From an uncultured Deferribacteres bacterium (GTDB taxonomy: Bacteria; Zhuqueibacterota; Zhuqueibacteria; Zhuqueibacterales; Geothermadaptataceae): DNA of 64,000 bases. Positions 29,107 through 39,200 of the stretch are shown piece by piece. The notes under the pieces were generated by a model that did not search any database, was not told the DNA's origin, and worked only from the letters and a program-made list of their open reading frames with translations. The position numbers were made by a program, and so were the translations under genes. The stretch covers positions 5,150-69,149 of the forward strand of contig CAXHAT010000010.1 of NCBI GenBank assembly GCA_964014485.1, read 5' to 3'. Within the stretch, counting starts at the first letter, position 1, and each line of letters begins with the position of its first letter.

Positions 29107-30668
29107 GTGCGATTTCTCCGAGTCTTTTTCTTGCCAAAAAGATTTTCAAAACGAGCAGCATTTTCCGCTGATGTAAACGTCGAAAAACGCTGACTGAACT
29201 CGTGTCGAACTTCGCCTTGCCGACGATGCAACAAGGTAATCAGCCCGCCAAGAGCGGCGGAAAGCGCTTCCGGGTTTTTGCTCTTCGGCGCGATCTCGGT
29301 CATGAAGCGCTTGAGCTCCTCTTGCTGCACAAACAAATCGTTAAAATCGCCGAGGTTATCTTGCAATACTTTCAATTGCTTGACAAACAAAATCATTTGT
29401 TTTTTAGGAAACAAGGAAGTAAAAAACTCCAACAAGTAGCGCAGTTTTTTGCAATCGATCCTCAGGTCGTGCAGCGCCTGATCCGGCGTTTCGTCGTCAA
29501 TGGCTCCGCCTTTTTTTAAGACTACGTGATAGCGCTTGCGAATAAAACGCTTGGCCAGGAGCGTAACGGGCTTGTCCGCATTTGGCGCCGCCGGGTGCGA
29601 CTTTTCAGCATTTTCCCGGATTGATTCTCTGGCCGTTGCGAGAATCGATTGGTAGCGTTTGGAGCGCAATGTTCGAATAAGCCGTTTTAGTTCGATTTCA
29701 CGCTCTTCTTTCAAAGCATCAAAGAGTGGATCGAGGCCTTCACCCATAGCTGGCGGCAACATTGACTTATATTCTTCTTCCGCCAGTAAATAAACGTCGA
29801 GATCGCGCAGGCGGTTGGTCGATTTACCGAGATAAGCAAAATCAGTCTTAAGACGTTGCGTCGTTTCCGGAGTAAAAACGCCCTTAATCAGCGCTAACCC
29901 TGAACGAATACGTCGGATGGAAACGCGGAAATCGTGCAGGAATTCCGTGTCGATATCTGAAATCAAGCCCTGTTCGTTCTGCTGCATAACGTCAATCAAG
30001 TAATACACGAGCCGCTGCATTGCTTCCGCGCCGGTCATTTCAGGCGATAATTGGACGCTGACCTTCGAAGTATATTCGCCCGGTTTTTTGTCTAACAGCG
30101 CCAAAGCGGCCAAGTACGCGTCTTCCTTTAAGGGCTTGAGTCCGAATTGTCGAAAAATCGCTCTGATTTGCGCCGCTGGTTTTGGGTATCCGCGAATCGG
30201 CGTCACTCGGAACGTTCTTGTTACCGGAAGATGTTTTCTTCCGGCTATGACTTTAATTTCTTCAAGCTTGAGACGCAAAACCGTTTTTTCATCCGCGTTC
30301 AAAAGGCGCGCAGGGTGAACGTTTCTGACGAGCGCAGCCTGTTTGTAGACAGCGCGAATGTCCAAACTCTGACGGACGGCGTTTTGCGCAGGGCCTTCCG
30401 GGAAATCCTGCCAAAACGCAGGCGGCTTTTGCGCTCGCCACGAGACTTCGCTCTTTGAATTTTGGCCTGGTTTTAAAATAGAGTAAATATTCTTTTGGGC
30501 AGAGAGGCGCAGCCCCTTTGTTTCCAGGAGCCAGTCAAAAGTATCATAGTAAGTAACAGTTTCCTTGAACGGCGCTTCAAACTGCAATTTCAGGTTTTCA
30601 GGGATGGCATTAAGGATCTCGCTGTGATCCGAACTTTCAGGTACTTTAAACTTTTCCGACTTTAGCAT
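29103..30668 (-). CDS. CYTH-like + CHAD domain protein (polyphosphate-granule-associated type)
   Basis: The N-terminal ~190 aa have the layout of the CYTH-like module found in CYTH-CHAD proteins, but the ExExK motif is degenerate (SEKFKV). The C-terminal helical CHAD region contains HDFRVSIRRIRSGL and LHDLRIDCKKLRYLLEFF. Confidence 0.75.
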   Translation of the reverse strand: MLKSEKFKVPESSDHSEILNAIPENLKLQFEAPFKETVTYYDTFDWLLETKGLRLSAQKNIYSILKPGQNSKSEVSWRAQKPPAFWQDFPEGPAQNAVRQSLDIRAVYKQAALVRNVHPARLLNADEKTVLRLKLEEIKVIAGRKHLPVTRTFRVTPIRGYPKPAAQIRAIFRQFGLKPLKEDAYLAALALLDKKPGEYTSKVSVQLSPEMTGAEAMQRLVYYLIDVMQQNEQGLISDIDTEFLHDFRVSIRRIRSGLALIKGVFTPETTQRLKTDFAYLGKSTNRLRDLDVYLLAEEEYKSMLPPAMGEGLDPLFDALKEEREIELKRLIRTLRSKRYQSILATARESIRENAEKSHPAAPNADKPVTLLAKRFIRKRYHVVLKKGGAIDDETPDQALHDLRIDCKKLRYLLEFFTSLFPKKQMILFVKQLKVLQDNLGDFNDLFVQQEELKRFMTEIAPKSKNPEALSAALGGLITLLHRRQGEVRHEFSQRFSTFTSAENAARFENLFGKKKTRRNRT

Positions 30669-30672
30669 CGGA

Positions 30673-31122
30673 TTAACTCCTCTCCTGTTGTTTGGGGTTT
30701 AAGAATTTCGGCAACGATAGTATAATTTCAAGAAGGTCGGGGCGCTTAACATATGACGAGACGTCTTGCAGTGCAATCCATTTCCGCGTGCGCCAGAACG
30801 CTTCCATCCAGTCTTCATGAATTTCTTCAACGCGCATGACGAAAACGTCGATTATGCAGACGCCGCCCCATTTTTTGTGCTTGTAGACGCCAATTTTTTC
30901 TGTGTAAAAGCTTCCTCGTACGCCCGCTTCTTCTAGCGCTTCTTCGGCTGCGGACTCAATTGGCGACATGCCGCCTTCAATCAGTCCTTTTGGAATGATC
31001 CATTTTTTGCCGCTGCTGCTCGTAATAAGCAGGACGTCAATTTGACCAGTCTCATCGATGCGATACGGCAAGGCGGCGGCCTGAAGATAAACAGACTCAT
31101 TTGTTGGATTTATGTCTGGCAT
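30673..31122 (-). CDS. NUDIX hydrolase
   Basis: The Nudix box region is GLIEGGMSPIESAAEEALEEAGV. I prefer the Met at 31122 (MPDINPT); the ORF-track start is 31167. It overlaps the ppx 3' end by 26 nt. Confidence 0.75.
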   Translation of the reverse strand: MPDINPTNESVYLQAAALPYRIDETGQIDVLLITSSSGKKWIIPKGLIEGGMSPIESAAEEALEEAGVRGSFYTEKIGVYKHKKWGGVCIIDVFVMRVEEIHEDWMEAFWRTRKWIALQDVSSYVKRPDLLEIILSLPKFLNPKQQERS

Positions 31123-31999
31123 ATAAGAGTTGGACAATCCCAAAAGAAATACCGACCTGTGGCACATAGATTCTTTTAATTTTCGCCCACTCTATCACGG
31201 AAAGGTAAATTTCCGAAGCTGGTATGATGACGTCTGCGCGATCGGGTTTTAAACCGAGAACGTCTATTCGGTCAGCCAACGAAAAACCGTTTAAATACTC
31301 GTAGATGCGGTCGACTTCCTTGTAAGTCATTGGCGTGTCGGATTTTTTTCGGGCGAGTTTGAAAATTTTGTTGATATTGCCGCCGCTTCCGACGCCGCGC
31401 AGGCCTTTGTATTTTCCGGCGTGTTTTCTCACCCATTGCTTCATCGACTTCCACTGATCTTTTTTCACCAGATTGTGCAGCAACCTGACCGTGCCAATAT
31501 TGAAGGAACTGGATGCGACGACTTTTTTTCGTGAAATGACAGTTAATTCAGTGCTGCCGCCGCCGACGTCAATGTAAAGATAATTCCTGCGCGGATTGAG
31601 GCGCTCTTCGATGTGACTTGAGTAGATAATTTCCGCTTCTTCTCGCCCGCTAATGATATTGAGATCCAAATCGCTTCTTTTTTTTATTGTCTGCACGATC
31701 CTGGAGCCATTGCTTGCTTCGCGCATTGCGGATGTGGCGCATGCCATATAACTTAAGGCGCCGTAAGCTTTAATCAGATGGCCGAAGCCAATCATCGTTT
31801 CGATAAGCAGCGTTGATTTTTGCGTAGAAATTTTCTTTTTGACGAAAGAGTCTTCGCTTAAACGGATTGGCATACGTACGAATGCTTGACGCTCAAAAAT
31901 CGCCTCGTCGTCGTGTTCTTCAACTTTGGAAAGCAAGAGACGGACTGCGTTTGAGCCGATGTCGATCGCGGCGAATTTGAGGGGAAGTTTGGGCGTCAT
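31097..31999 (-). CDS. ppx: Ppx/GppA-family exopolyphosphatase (short, 300 aa)
   Basis: ASKHA phosphate-binding motifs AAIDIGSNAVRLL and IDVGGGSTE. Only the N-terminal two domains are present. Confidence 0.8.
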   Translation of the reverse strand: MTPKLPLKFAAIDIGSNAVRLLLSKVEEHDDEAIFERQAFVRMPIRLSEDSFVKKKISTQKSTLLIETMIGFGHLIKAYGALSYMACATSAMREASNGSRIVQTIKKRSDLDLNIISGREEAEIIYSSHIEERLNPRRNYLYIDVGGGSTELTVISRKKVVASSSFNIGTVRLLHNLVKKDQWKSMKQWVRKHAGKYKGLRGVGSGGNINKIFKLARKKSDTPMTYKEVDRIYEYLNGFSLADRIDVLGLKPDRADVIIPASEIYLSVIEWAKIKRIYVPQVGISFGIVQLLYARHKSNK

Positions 32000-32128
32000 T
32001 GTTAAGCAAAAAAACTATTGGTCGAGACGTTTGTGCGTCATTTCAGGAACCCCCTTTGGCATTGTTCTCGAACTCGAGAAAAGTAGGTTCTCCTGAATGA
32101 CGCTTGGTAATGACTTTCGAATAAGCTC

Positions 32129-34234
32129 TCAAAACGCAGCCAATTCCTCAGCGGGCGTTTCGGCTTCCTTCTCTTCGCCGACAATGCTCTTAAGGTATTC
32201 GTAAGTCGCTTCTTGCGAGCGAACGGCTTTGTGGCCGTTCATGCCGCGGCGGTACTGGTTTTGAAAGCGTCTGTCCAGAATACGCGCTTTCACGTTGTCT
32301 TGCCACTGCAGCTCAAGAATAGAGCGTATTTCTTCCTGAATCGATTTGTCATAAATCGGACAAGTCACTTCCACGCGACGATCCAGATTTCGCGTCATCC
32401 AGTCTGAAGAAGAAAGAAAAAACTTTTCATCGCCGCCGTTATGGAAAATGAAAAGCCGTGAGTGTTCAAGGTATTTGTCGACGATGCTAATTGCTTCAAT
32501 GTTTTCGCTCAAATCTCTAACTTTTGGCGCGATAGAAAACATCCCGCGCACGATCATCCGAATTTTTACGCCCGCCTGGCTGGCTCTGTAGAGTTTTTTA
32601 ATGATTTTGTAGTCAGAAAAATTATTCAACTTCACTGTAATTGCGGCGTCTATCCCGGCTTCCGCGTTTTTGATTTCCTTCTGAATCAACTTCGAGAACG
32701 TTTTGCGCATCTGGAACGGCGCAACCACGAGATGTCGAAAGCGACTTATTCGATAATTGTTTTCAAAGAAATCAAAAATCTTCTCAGCTTCAGACGTGAT
32801 TTCTTCGTGCGTCGTCAGCAGGCAATGATCAGTATAGATTTTGGCCGTGTCCTCATTGAAATTGCCAGTGCCTATAATGCAGTAGCGGACGATCTTTTTG
32901 TTTTCTTTGCGCTTGATCAGGCACAATTTGGAATGCACTTTTAAACCCTGCACTCCGAAGATAACTTTCACGCCTTCTTCCTGAAGCTTGTTCGCCCACT
33001 GTAAATTGGCTTCCTCGTCAAAGCGCGCCTGCAGTTCAAGTACAACAGTTACGTTTTTTCCATTCTTCGCCGCGTTAATCAAGGCATTGATAATGCTGGA
33101 GTTTTTGGCGACGCGGTAGAGCGTAATAGAAATCGATTTGACTTTGGGATCAATGGAAACGTCGCGCAGCAAATCGATAATGTACATGAACGATTGATAG
33201 GGGAAATGCAACAGAACGTCTTTTTTGCGCATCACGCGCAGCGCACTGGCGCCGCGAGTCAAGTCCTTGTGCGGCAAGGGCGGGACAGTCTTTTCAATGA
33301 AACTTGGCGGGCCGATGCGCGGGAACCCGATGAAATCTTTAAAGTTGTGATAACGCGCGCCGGGGATGATCGTATCTTTTGCTTTGTTGACCTTGTTTCG
33401 GGAGACGATGATTTTGAGCAAGCTGTCCGGCATGTCTTCATCGTAAATGAAGCGCACTGTCCTGCCGGACTTTCGTTTTTGTAACCCGCGATGGATTTTG
33501 TGCATATAGCTTTGCGTCGGATCGTTGTCAAAATCCAACTCGGCGTCGCGGGTCGTTTTAATAGTGTATGCTTCGAATTGCTGATAATCGAAAATGGAGA
33601 AAATGTCCCGCAGCCCAAAACGGATCACATCGTCGAGCAGCATGATGTATTGATTACCGTTGTTTTTGGGGAGAATCAAGAAACGGGGCAGGAGAGTGGT
33701 GGGCACTTCGATGAGAGCGAGTCTCTGCGTTTGTTTGCTGAACGATTCTCTCATCAGAACCGTAAGATAAATCGCGTGATCTTTTAGATGCGGGAACTTT
33801 GAGCGTTTGTTGAACATGATCGGGAAGAGCTTTGGCCGGACTTCGCGCAAAAAATAGGTGTGAACAAACTCAGCCTGCTCCTCGTCCAGCCCCTTCGCAT
33901 CGGCGAGAATGATGATCTTGTTGCGTGCAAGTTCCAGAATAATCTGATCATAAATGTCGTTGAACAGATCAGTCTGGTCGATGACAATGTCCTCGATGCG
34001 GTTGATGATGCGGTTCGGATCGTGCCCGATAATCGATTTCGCATTCTCCTTGAGCGGAGCCAAACGTTTTAAAGTGGCAACACGTACGCGAAAGAATTCA
34101 TCGAGATTGTTGGAAAAGATTCCAAGAAATTTGATGCGTTCGATTAATGGGACGGTTGGGTCGGCGGCTTCTTGCAACACGCGGGCGTTGAAGGACAGCC
34201 AACTGATCTCCTTGTTGATAAATTTTGCTTTCAT
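32129..34234 (-). CDS. ppk1: polyphosphate kinase 1
   Basis: 701 aa. The canonical N-terminus is FINKEISWLSFNARVLQEA. Also has IERIKFLGIFSNNLDEFF and PLD-like C-terminal domains with HSKLCLI. Confidence 0.9.
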   Translation of the reverse strand: MKAKFINKEISWLSFNARVLQEAADPTVPLIERIKFLGIFSNNLDEFFRVRVATLKRLAPLKENAKSIIGHDPNRIINRIEDIVIDQTDLFNDIYDQIILELARNKIIILADAKGLDEEQAEFVHTYFLREVRPKLFPIMFNKRSKFPHLKDHAIYLTVLMRESFSKQTQRLALIEVPTTLLPRFLILPKNNGNQYIMLLDDVIRFGLRDIFSIFDYQQFEAYTIKTTRDAELDFDNDPTQSYMHKIHRGLQKRKSGRTVRFIYDEDMPDSLLKIIVSRNKVNKAKDTIIPGARYHNFKDFIGFPRIGPPSFIEKTVPPLPHKDLTRGASALRVMRKKDVLLHFPYQSFMYIIDLLRDVSIDPKVKSISITLYRVAKNSSIINALINAAKNGKNVTVVLELQARFDEEANLQWANKLQEEGVKVIFGVQGLKVHSKLCLIKRKENKKIVRYCIIGTGNFNEDTAKIYTDHCLLTTHEEITSEAEKIFDFFENNYRISRFRHLVVAPFQMRKTFSKLIQKEIKNAEAGIDAAITVKLNNFSDYKIIKKLYRASQAGVKIRMIVRGMFSIAPKVRDLSENIEAISIVDKYLEHSRLFIFHNGGDEKFFLSSSDWMTRNLDRRVEVTCPIYDKSIQEEIRSILELQWQDNVKARILDRRFQNQYRRGMNGHKAVRSQEATYEYLKSIVGEEKEAETPAEELAAF

Positions 34235-34257
34235 CCTGACTCCTCCGAATTTTGAGG

Positions 34258-34926
34258 TCAGATTTTCGAGACCGCTGCAAAATATTTAGCTAGCTTTTTG
34301 CTCGATTTTTTGACCTCGCTGATCACTTCTTTTGTGGCGGGTACAGCGAACTCGGACAGCACCGCTTTAAGGCTCGATTCTATCTCCGGCTGCATTCTTT
34401 TTCTTAAATCTTTTGTAGTTAAAATGTTTTGGGCAAGATTTTCCGGTTTCTCGAAAAACGCCAATTCCCCATCCCCCAAAGCCAGCGTTCTCCAACTGCG
34501 CCGCTTTGTTTTGATGCAAACGGCGCCGCATTTCGGAATGTTGGCGTTAAAGTCGGAAAGCATAGCTGCGGCGAAGTGCGAAAAACCGGGGTTATGGCCA
34601 AATAGCATCACATGTTGATAGCTGTTGTCAAGCTGATGCAGCTCAGTCAGAAAATCGTCAGGGGACAATGCTTCGTATAGCCCCCTGGTTTTGATAATTT
34701 GATCTTCGGGTATTTGCAGGATGTTTGCAAAGATGATAGCAGTGTCCAGCGCTCTGTTGGCTGAACTGGAGACAAGAAGCGAGGGCGGCAATTCAAGAGA
34801 TTTGATTTTGCGCGCCATTTGATGTGATTGCAGCTCGCCTTTCGTTTTCAACGGGCGTTCAAAATCAGGCTTGTCATGTTGAAAGCGAACGGCGGCGGCG
34901 TGGCGGACTAATGTAATCGTCTTCAT
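34258..34926 (-). CDS. SixA-type histidine phosphatase with ~60-aa C-terminal helical extension
   Basis: Contains the LVRHAAA (RHG-type catalytic His) and LFGHNPGFS motifs. The last ~60 aa are Lys-rich and look amphipathic. Confidence 0.75.
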   Translation of the reverse strand: MKTITLVRHAAAVRFQHDKPDFERPLKTKGELQSHQMARKIKSLELPPSLLVSSSANRALDTAIIFANILQIPEDQIIKTRGLYEALSPDDFLTELHQLDNSYQHVMLFGHNPGFSHFAAAMLSDFNANIPKCGAVCIKTKRRSWRTLALGDGELAFFEKPENLAQNILTTKDLRKRMQPEIESSLKAVLSEFAVPATKEVISEVKKSSKKLAKYFAAVSKI

Positions 34927-35509
34927 TTCTCTCCATCCGATTGCCCTATGAGTTTATCTTGTCGTACACGATTCGGCGATGTGAATTTTCTGCTCTGGAA
35001 TCAGTTGGGGACAAGATAAAATTCAATATTGTTATTTATTTGCGGTTTGATTTGCAAATTAAGTTTGTGTTAACGGCTGTGATAAAAGAAATTGTTCGCT
35101 CGCCACAGTCAAAATGAAGACAAGGGCGTCGGAAAACAGCAAGGTTTTTATCAATTGATAATGTACGGCGGAAGAGTGTAGGAAGCGAGTCGTCTGTTCA
35201 TGAATACCGCCCTTTTCCAACCATTGTCGTCTGACTTCAATAAGCGACAATGGTCGTCCTGCATCCAGCGATAGAGCGCTCTAAAGTAGGATGAGCTTGC
35301 GTCTCATCTGGCAATTTTTTCTTAAATTTAATAAAAGCAAAGTACGTGTTCCCGCAAGCTCGTGGCCTGGTCCTTCAGGCGAAGCTTTAACTCCCGATCC
35401 CCATTCAGAAGGTATGATTAAATATCTTAATATCTTAACAAACCGCAAGGAAAAATGTGCAAACGATCGTCAGTGCTATGACAAAATCGCTCTGCGTTGC
35501 AAACGCAAA

Positions 35510-36073
35510 TTACCACGCGGAGTCGTGCGCCCAGGTCTTGCCGATGTCTGCGTACGGCACGCAGCCGTCGAATGTGCTGTGAATCGGTGCGTATTTCAGT
35601 TCTTGCGTCATGCCGATTTCCGAAGTGTAATACCCAACCAACGTCAATTCTTTCAGGCGATGAAAAAACGGCTTCTCTCCGGCAAGCTGGATGGAAGCGA
35701 ACGAGCCTTCGCTTGCTTCCATAGCTTTTAAATGTTGAACCTGCTCTTCTTGCGGAAGCGAAACGAAGCCGTCTGTTTCAATTTCAGACAATCCGATCAT
35801 GAAGCCGTCGCGTTCTTTCGGCGTGTACCAGTCCGCCAGCATCGCGTCGATAAATTGATGCACTCCTGCTGCATGCGCACCCGGCGTGTCGGTTTCTGGG
35901 ATGATTAAATCCGTCAACGCCGCCACAAGTTCGGCCTGCTCGTCGGTCAGGAATTTGGGCTTCCAGCCGGGAGCGCCTGCTTGACAGCCGGACAAAACCG
36001 CGGAAATGGTTGAAGAAGATAATGCGCCGCCCAAAGCGATGCTGATATTCTTTAGCGCTTGTCTTCGATCCAT
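35510..36073 (-). CDS. gluconate 2-dehydrogenase subunit 3-family protein with Tat signal
   Basis: MDRRQALKNISIALGG is a twin-arginine signal. IIPETDTPGAHAAGVHQFID is the family signature. I prefer the Met at 36073 over the ORF-track start at 36124. Confidence 0.75.
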   Translation of the reverse strand: MDRRQALKNISIALGGALSSSTISAVLSGCQAGAPGWKPKFLTDEQAELVAALTDLIIPETDTPGAHAAGVHQFIDAMLADWYTPKERDGFMIGLSEIETDGFVSLPQEEQVQHLKAMEASEGSFASIQLAGEKPFFHRLKELTLVGYYTSEIGMTQELKYAPIHSTFDGCVPYADIGKTWAHDSAW

Positions 36074-36249
36074 GCGTATGCTCAAGTTTGGAATGAGAAA
36101 GTTTTTGCGACAACTAAAACTCAAAAAATGGCAAGAAAGTCAAGCAGAAACGCGCTAGGTTGAAAGACGCTGTAGAATTAATTTGGGACTTTCTCGTTTC
36201 AATAGACAACAGCGCTACATTACGGGAAGTCGTGTAGCCTGTGGCGCGC

Positions 36250-39200
36250 TTATTTGACTTTGGTGACTTCGCCGTCGCGCTTGACAATTATTTCCCTTGC
36301 TCCCGCCGGAATTTCGGATTCAATCGTTTCTCCACTCGGCCAACGCACTTGCACGTTTTTAACGCCCTCTCGAACGCCGAAAACTTGCACCGCTGAGCTC
36401 TGAGACCAATAACCGGAACCTGCCTGAATTTCTCGCACCGGCCCGTCCCCATTTTCATATTTTACACGAACAACAGCGCCGACGCCGTGCGGGTTTTCAG
36501 AAGCGCCTTGCAAACGCACGCGCAAACCCGGCTTGGCTCCAACGTTTTTAAAGAGCATTGTTTCTGCTGCGTTTTGCGAAACGACAAGATCAACGCGCCC
36601 GTCGCCGTCGTAGTCGCTCAAGGCTGCAGCGCGCTGCTCGCCGTAAGCTTCGACGCCGGACTCTTGCGCGTGAACGGCTTGCAAGCCGCCTTTGCCGTCG
36701 CCGCGCAGCCAAAGTCCGCGCCCGGCGTCAGAGCGGGATGTAGCTTCCGGGTATGAGAAGAAGTTTTGGCTTAAAAAAACGTCATCATGGCCGTCGCCGT
36801 CAAAGTCTGCAATACCCGCATGAAAAGCCGGAGTGAGCTGCGCTTCAAGCGGCAACTCCACGGCTTCAAATTTCTCGCCGCGATTGAAAAACACCATATG
36901 CGCCAACGTATTTGTCGCAAGACTTCCTGCATCACTTTTTAATCTTGGTCCCGCGATTTCCTGGACAGTGGAACGGCTGTATTTCTTGTGGCTGGGCATG
37001 CGCATTCGCGTCATCGGTATCGCCCGCATCATCGTGTTCAGGTTGCGGAACGGCATATAGGCTTGCAGCTCGGGAACAAAATAGGATTCGATAATATCGA
37101 TGACGCCGTTGCGATCAAAATCATAATAAAAAAGGCGTAATGGATTTTCGGCAGTGATTTTTCCAGCGTATTTATTGTTTAAGCCCCAGTTGGTCGCGAT
37201 AATGTCGAGCTTGCCGTCTTCGTCCAGGTCGCCGGTCGTGACGCCGTTCCACCAGCCGAGATATTGCGACAGCCCCAGCGCTTCGGTCACATTCTCAAAT
37301 GCGCCGTTTGTGTTGCGGAAAATGTTTACTGCGCCCCACTCTACCGCAAGAATCAAGTCCGGGTCGCCGTCCGAATCAAAATCACTGAACACCGCGCCCG
37401 AAACCATGCCGAATTGAGCTAGCTTCTCCGAATTCAGATCGTCCTTTTGAAAAACGCCCTTTTCGTTTTTGTAGAGAAATGATGGAGCCGGAACGCCGTA
37501 CCGTCCGGGAATGCTGCGTCCGCCAACAAACAAATCGAGATCGCCGTCACCGTCGTAGTCCGCCATAGCCAGCGGCCCAACGCCAGCCGCGCCCGCAGTA
37601 ATTTTGGAGCCTTGTGAACCGGCCCTTTGTTCATCAGCAGGCATTTGCTCGATAAATGAAGCTTCTCTGGAAATGCTCTCAAAATTTGAATGACTGACCA
37701 ATAAAGACGCCGAGTTATCCGCACCCGTCCAGGCCAACACGCCTGTTTTTTCGTATTCTGTGACAGCGCCGTTCACCAGCCGTTCTTCTTTTCTAAAAGC
37801 GCCGTTTTCGTTTTTAAAGGCTGCGACAGCGCCGTCTCTTCCATTCGAAATAAGCAGATCGTCGTCCCCGTCGCCGTCCCAATCATGCCAGGAAACGCCC
37901 GGCCCCAGGCGGCTATGACGCACCGGCATGAGCGGCTGGCGCACAAAATCATCAAACGGGCCTTCATAATGCTTGTGGTCGAGCAAATGGCTGACGTCTT
38001 CAAAAAAAGGCTTTGGCTGGAGTTGCTTGGCAGCCTCAACGACTCTTGCTGAAGATTCATCGATTTCGTAAATGCGATTTGGCTGAACGTTTTCAACTGT
38101 ACTGACCATTCCGTTTCGCCACGTTACCTCAATCGAAAAATCTTTCCCGCCGGTTGCGGCGAAAACCGCCATTGGATCGGAGCTTGAAAGATAGGCTCCG
38201 CCGGCGATGATTTCTTTCATCTGTATTTTCCCGTCCCCGAGCAGACGGATTTTGGCGCCGATTCCTTGCGTATTCGGCGCTTTGCCGCGTAGACGAATCG
38301 CAATTCTGTCTTCCGCCGTTTCATTGCGATAAATAGCCGCTTTTGCATTCAATCGATTCATGACAACGTCCAAATCGCCGTCGTTGTCTAAATCGCCCAA
38401 CGCCATGCCGTTGCTTATGTCCGGCGTAGAGAGTCCCCAGCTTTGACTGACGTCTTCAAACGTCAAATTGCCGCGATTTCGGAAAGCGGCGTTCGGCAGT
38501 TTGAGTTCAGGGTGGAGAAAAATGGTGTTTAAGCGATTATTGCTTGGCGGCGCCGTTTCTGAATATTGAATGGCGCTGGCAGTGAATCCGATTCGCTCTC
38601 TGCCAAGTTCCTGTGCGTCAAAATCCTGTGCGTCGTAATAGTGGCCGGTGGCGATGATCACGTCTTCATAACCGTCAAGATCGATGTCAAAAAACAAATT
38701 TGACCAGGACCATTCGGATGCGTCAATTCCGCTGTACTGCGCGATTTCGGAGTAGGTTTTGTCGCCATTGTTAAGAAAAAGCGTGTTGCGCATGTGCTGG
38801 GGGCGATTGTCAATCTCGCCCGGCATGTGGGGGAGCGGCACGGCGGTGCTTTTTTGCGTCATTCGGAATTGGTGATTGCGGCTGAGCATGTCAACAACTA
38901 AAAAATCCTGATCGCCGTCGCGGTCAATGTCTGAAAAATCAATCGCCATCGAAGAGTTGCTGATATTGCGGATTGCGAGCTTGGGAATCGCTTGAAAACG
39001 ACCAGTTCCGTCATTAATCCAAATGCGGTCGGGCGACTCGAAATCGTTGCAGACGTAAATGTCCGGATCGCCGTCGCCGTCCATGTCCTGGAATCGTGCC
39101 ATCAAGCCCCAATCCTTGAGCGTTTCCATCTTTTCGCCTGCTTCATCAAGGAAGGCGCCGCCCGTCATATCAACTTTTTCGAATTTTCCGGTTCCGTCGT

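Noticed and set aside
35059-35731. ORFs 35059-35250 (-) and 35291-35731 (+) in or near the 583-bp gap upstream of the sixA-like gene
   Set aside because: The first has no motif, no Shine-Dalgarno site and AT-rich promoter-like context. The second runs antisense through the subunit-3 gene. The gap does contain small hairpins (e.g. CCATTGTCG...CGACAATGG at 35221-35253) and a tandem TATCTTAA at 35423-35438. I could not tie these to any known element.
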